From contig NW_024704742.1 of NCBI RefSeq assembly GCF_018977255.1, forward strand, positions 27,406,001 to 27,470,000: a stretch of DNA of 64,000 nucleotides, in the 5' to 3' direction. Both the position numbers and the translations under genes were made by a program. Positions 63,731 through 64,000 of the stretch are shown here, one piece after another; within the stretch, counting starts at the first letter, position 1; every line of letters starts with the position of its first letter. The stretch is from Callorhinchus milii. Taxonomy: Eukaryota. The notes under the pieces were generated by a model, which saw nothing but the letters and a program-made list of their open reading frames with translations, did not search any database and was not told the origin of the DNA.

Positions 63731-64000
63731 GGAGTCCTGTAGCTCATCGGTTAGAGCACTCACCTTGCAAGCGAGAGACCTTGGATCGATTCCCGGAAGA
63801 GCAAAAACCTTGGCAAGTTTCCTTACTCTACATGTCTGATCCTTCAAGAAAAAAAAGCAATAATAAATTGATCACTCCAATCCACGGTTGTTTGTGGGAC
63901 ACTGCTGTGCGTAATTGGCTACCCCGTTTCGCCCACAAATATACAGTTAATTCACTTTACAGTATATTCTGTAAAGTGCTTTGAGACATCTAGAAGACGT
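63731..64000 (+). mobile_element. tRNA-Ala-derived SINE, runs off the window end
   Basis: GGAGTCCTGTAGCTCATCGGTTAGAGCACTCACCTTGCAAGCGAG (TGC anticodon). Confidence 0.92.

Overview
Eukaryotic, repeat-dense, non-coding DNA, either intergenic or deep intronic. The repeat inventory (L2 LINEs with (GTT)n tails, CR1 LINEs, tRNA-Ala SINEs, Deu-domain SINEs, a Penelope-like terminus) points to a cartilaginous fish, most likely a chimaera/elephant shark; this is inferred from recalled repeat families, not from a search. I found no intact host protein-coding gene, functional RNA gene or CRISPR array. Every ORF with a recognisable protein is a frameshifted retroelement fragment (L2/CR1 RT and endonuclease, an older RT, a Gypsy integrase). 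I did not find a convincing new biological system. The items most worth checking are: an unclassified ~550-nt interspersed repeat with at least 6 copies; a decayed 28S rRNA fragment; an 837-bp TIR element with TA flanks; two long hairpins; an apparent antisense bias of nested L2 insertions; and a few isolated splice-signal candidates. Repeat boundaries were read by eye and are approximate (about +/-20 nt). Many shorter repeat fragments are not listed.
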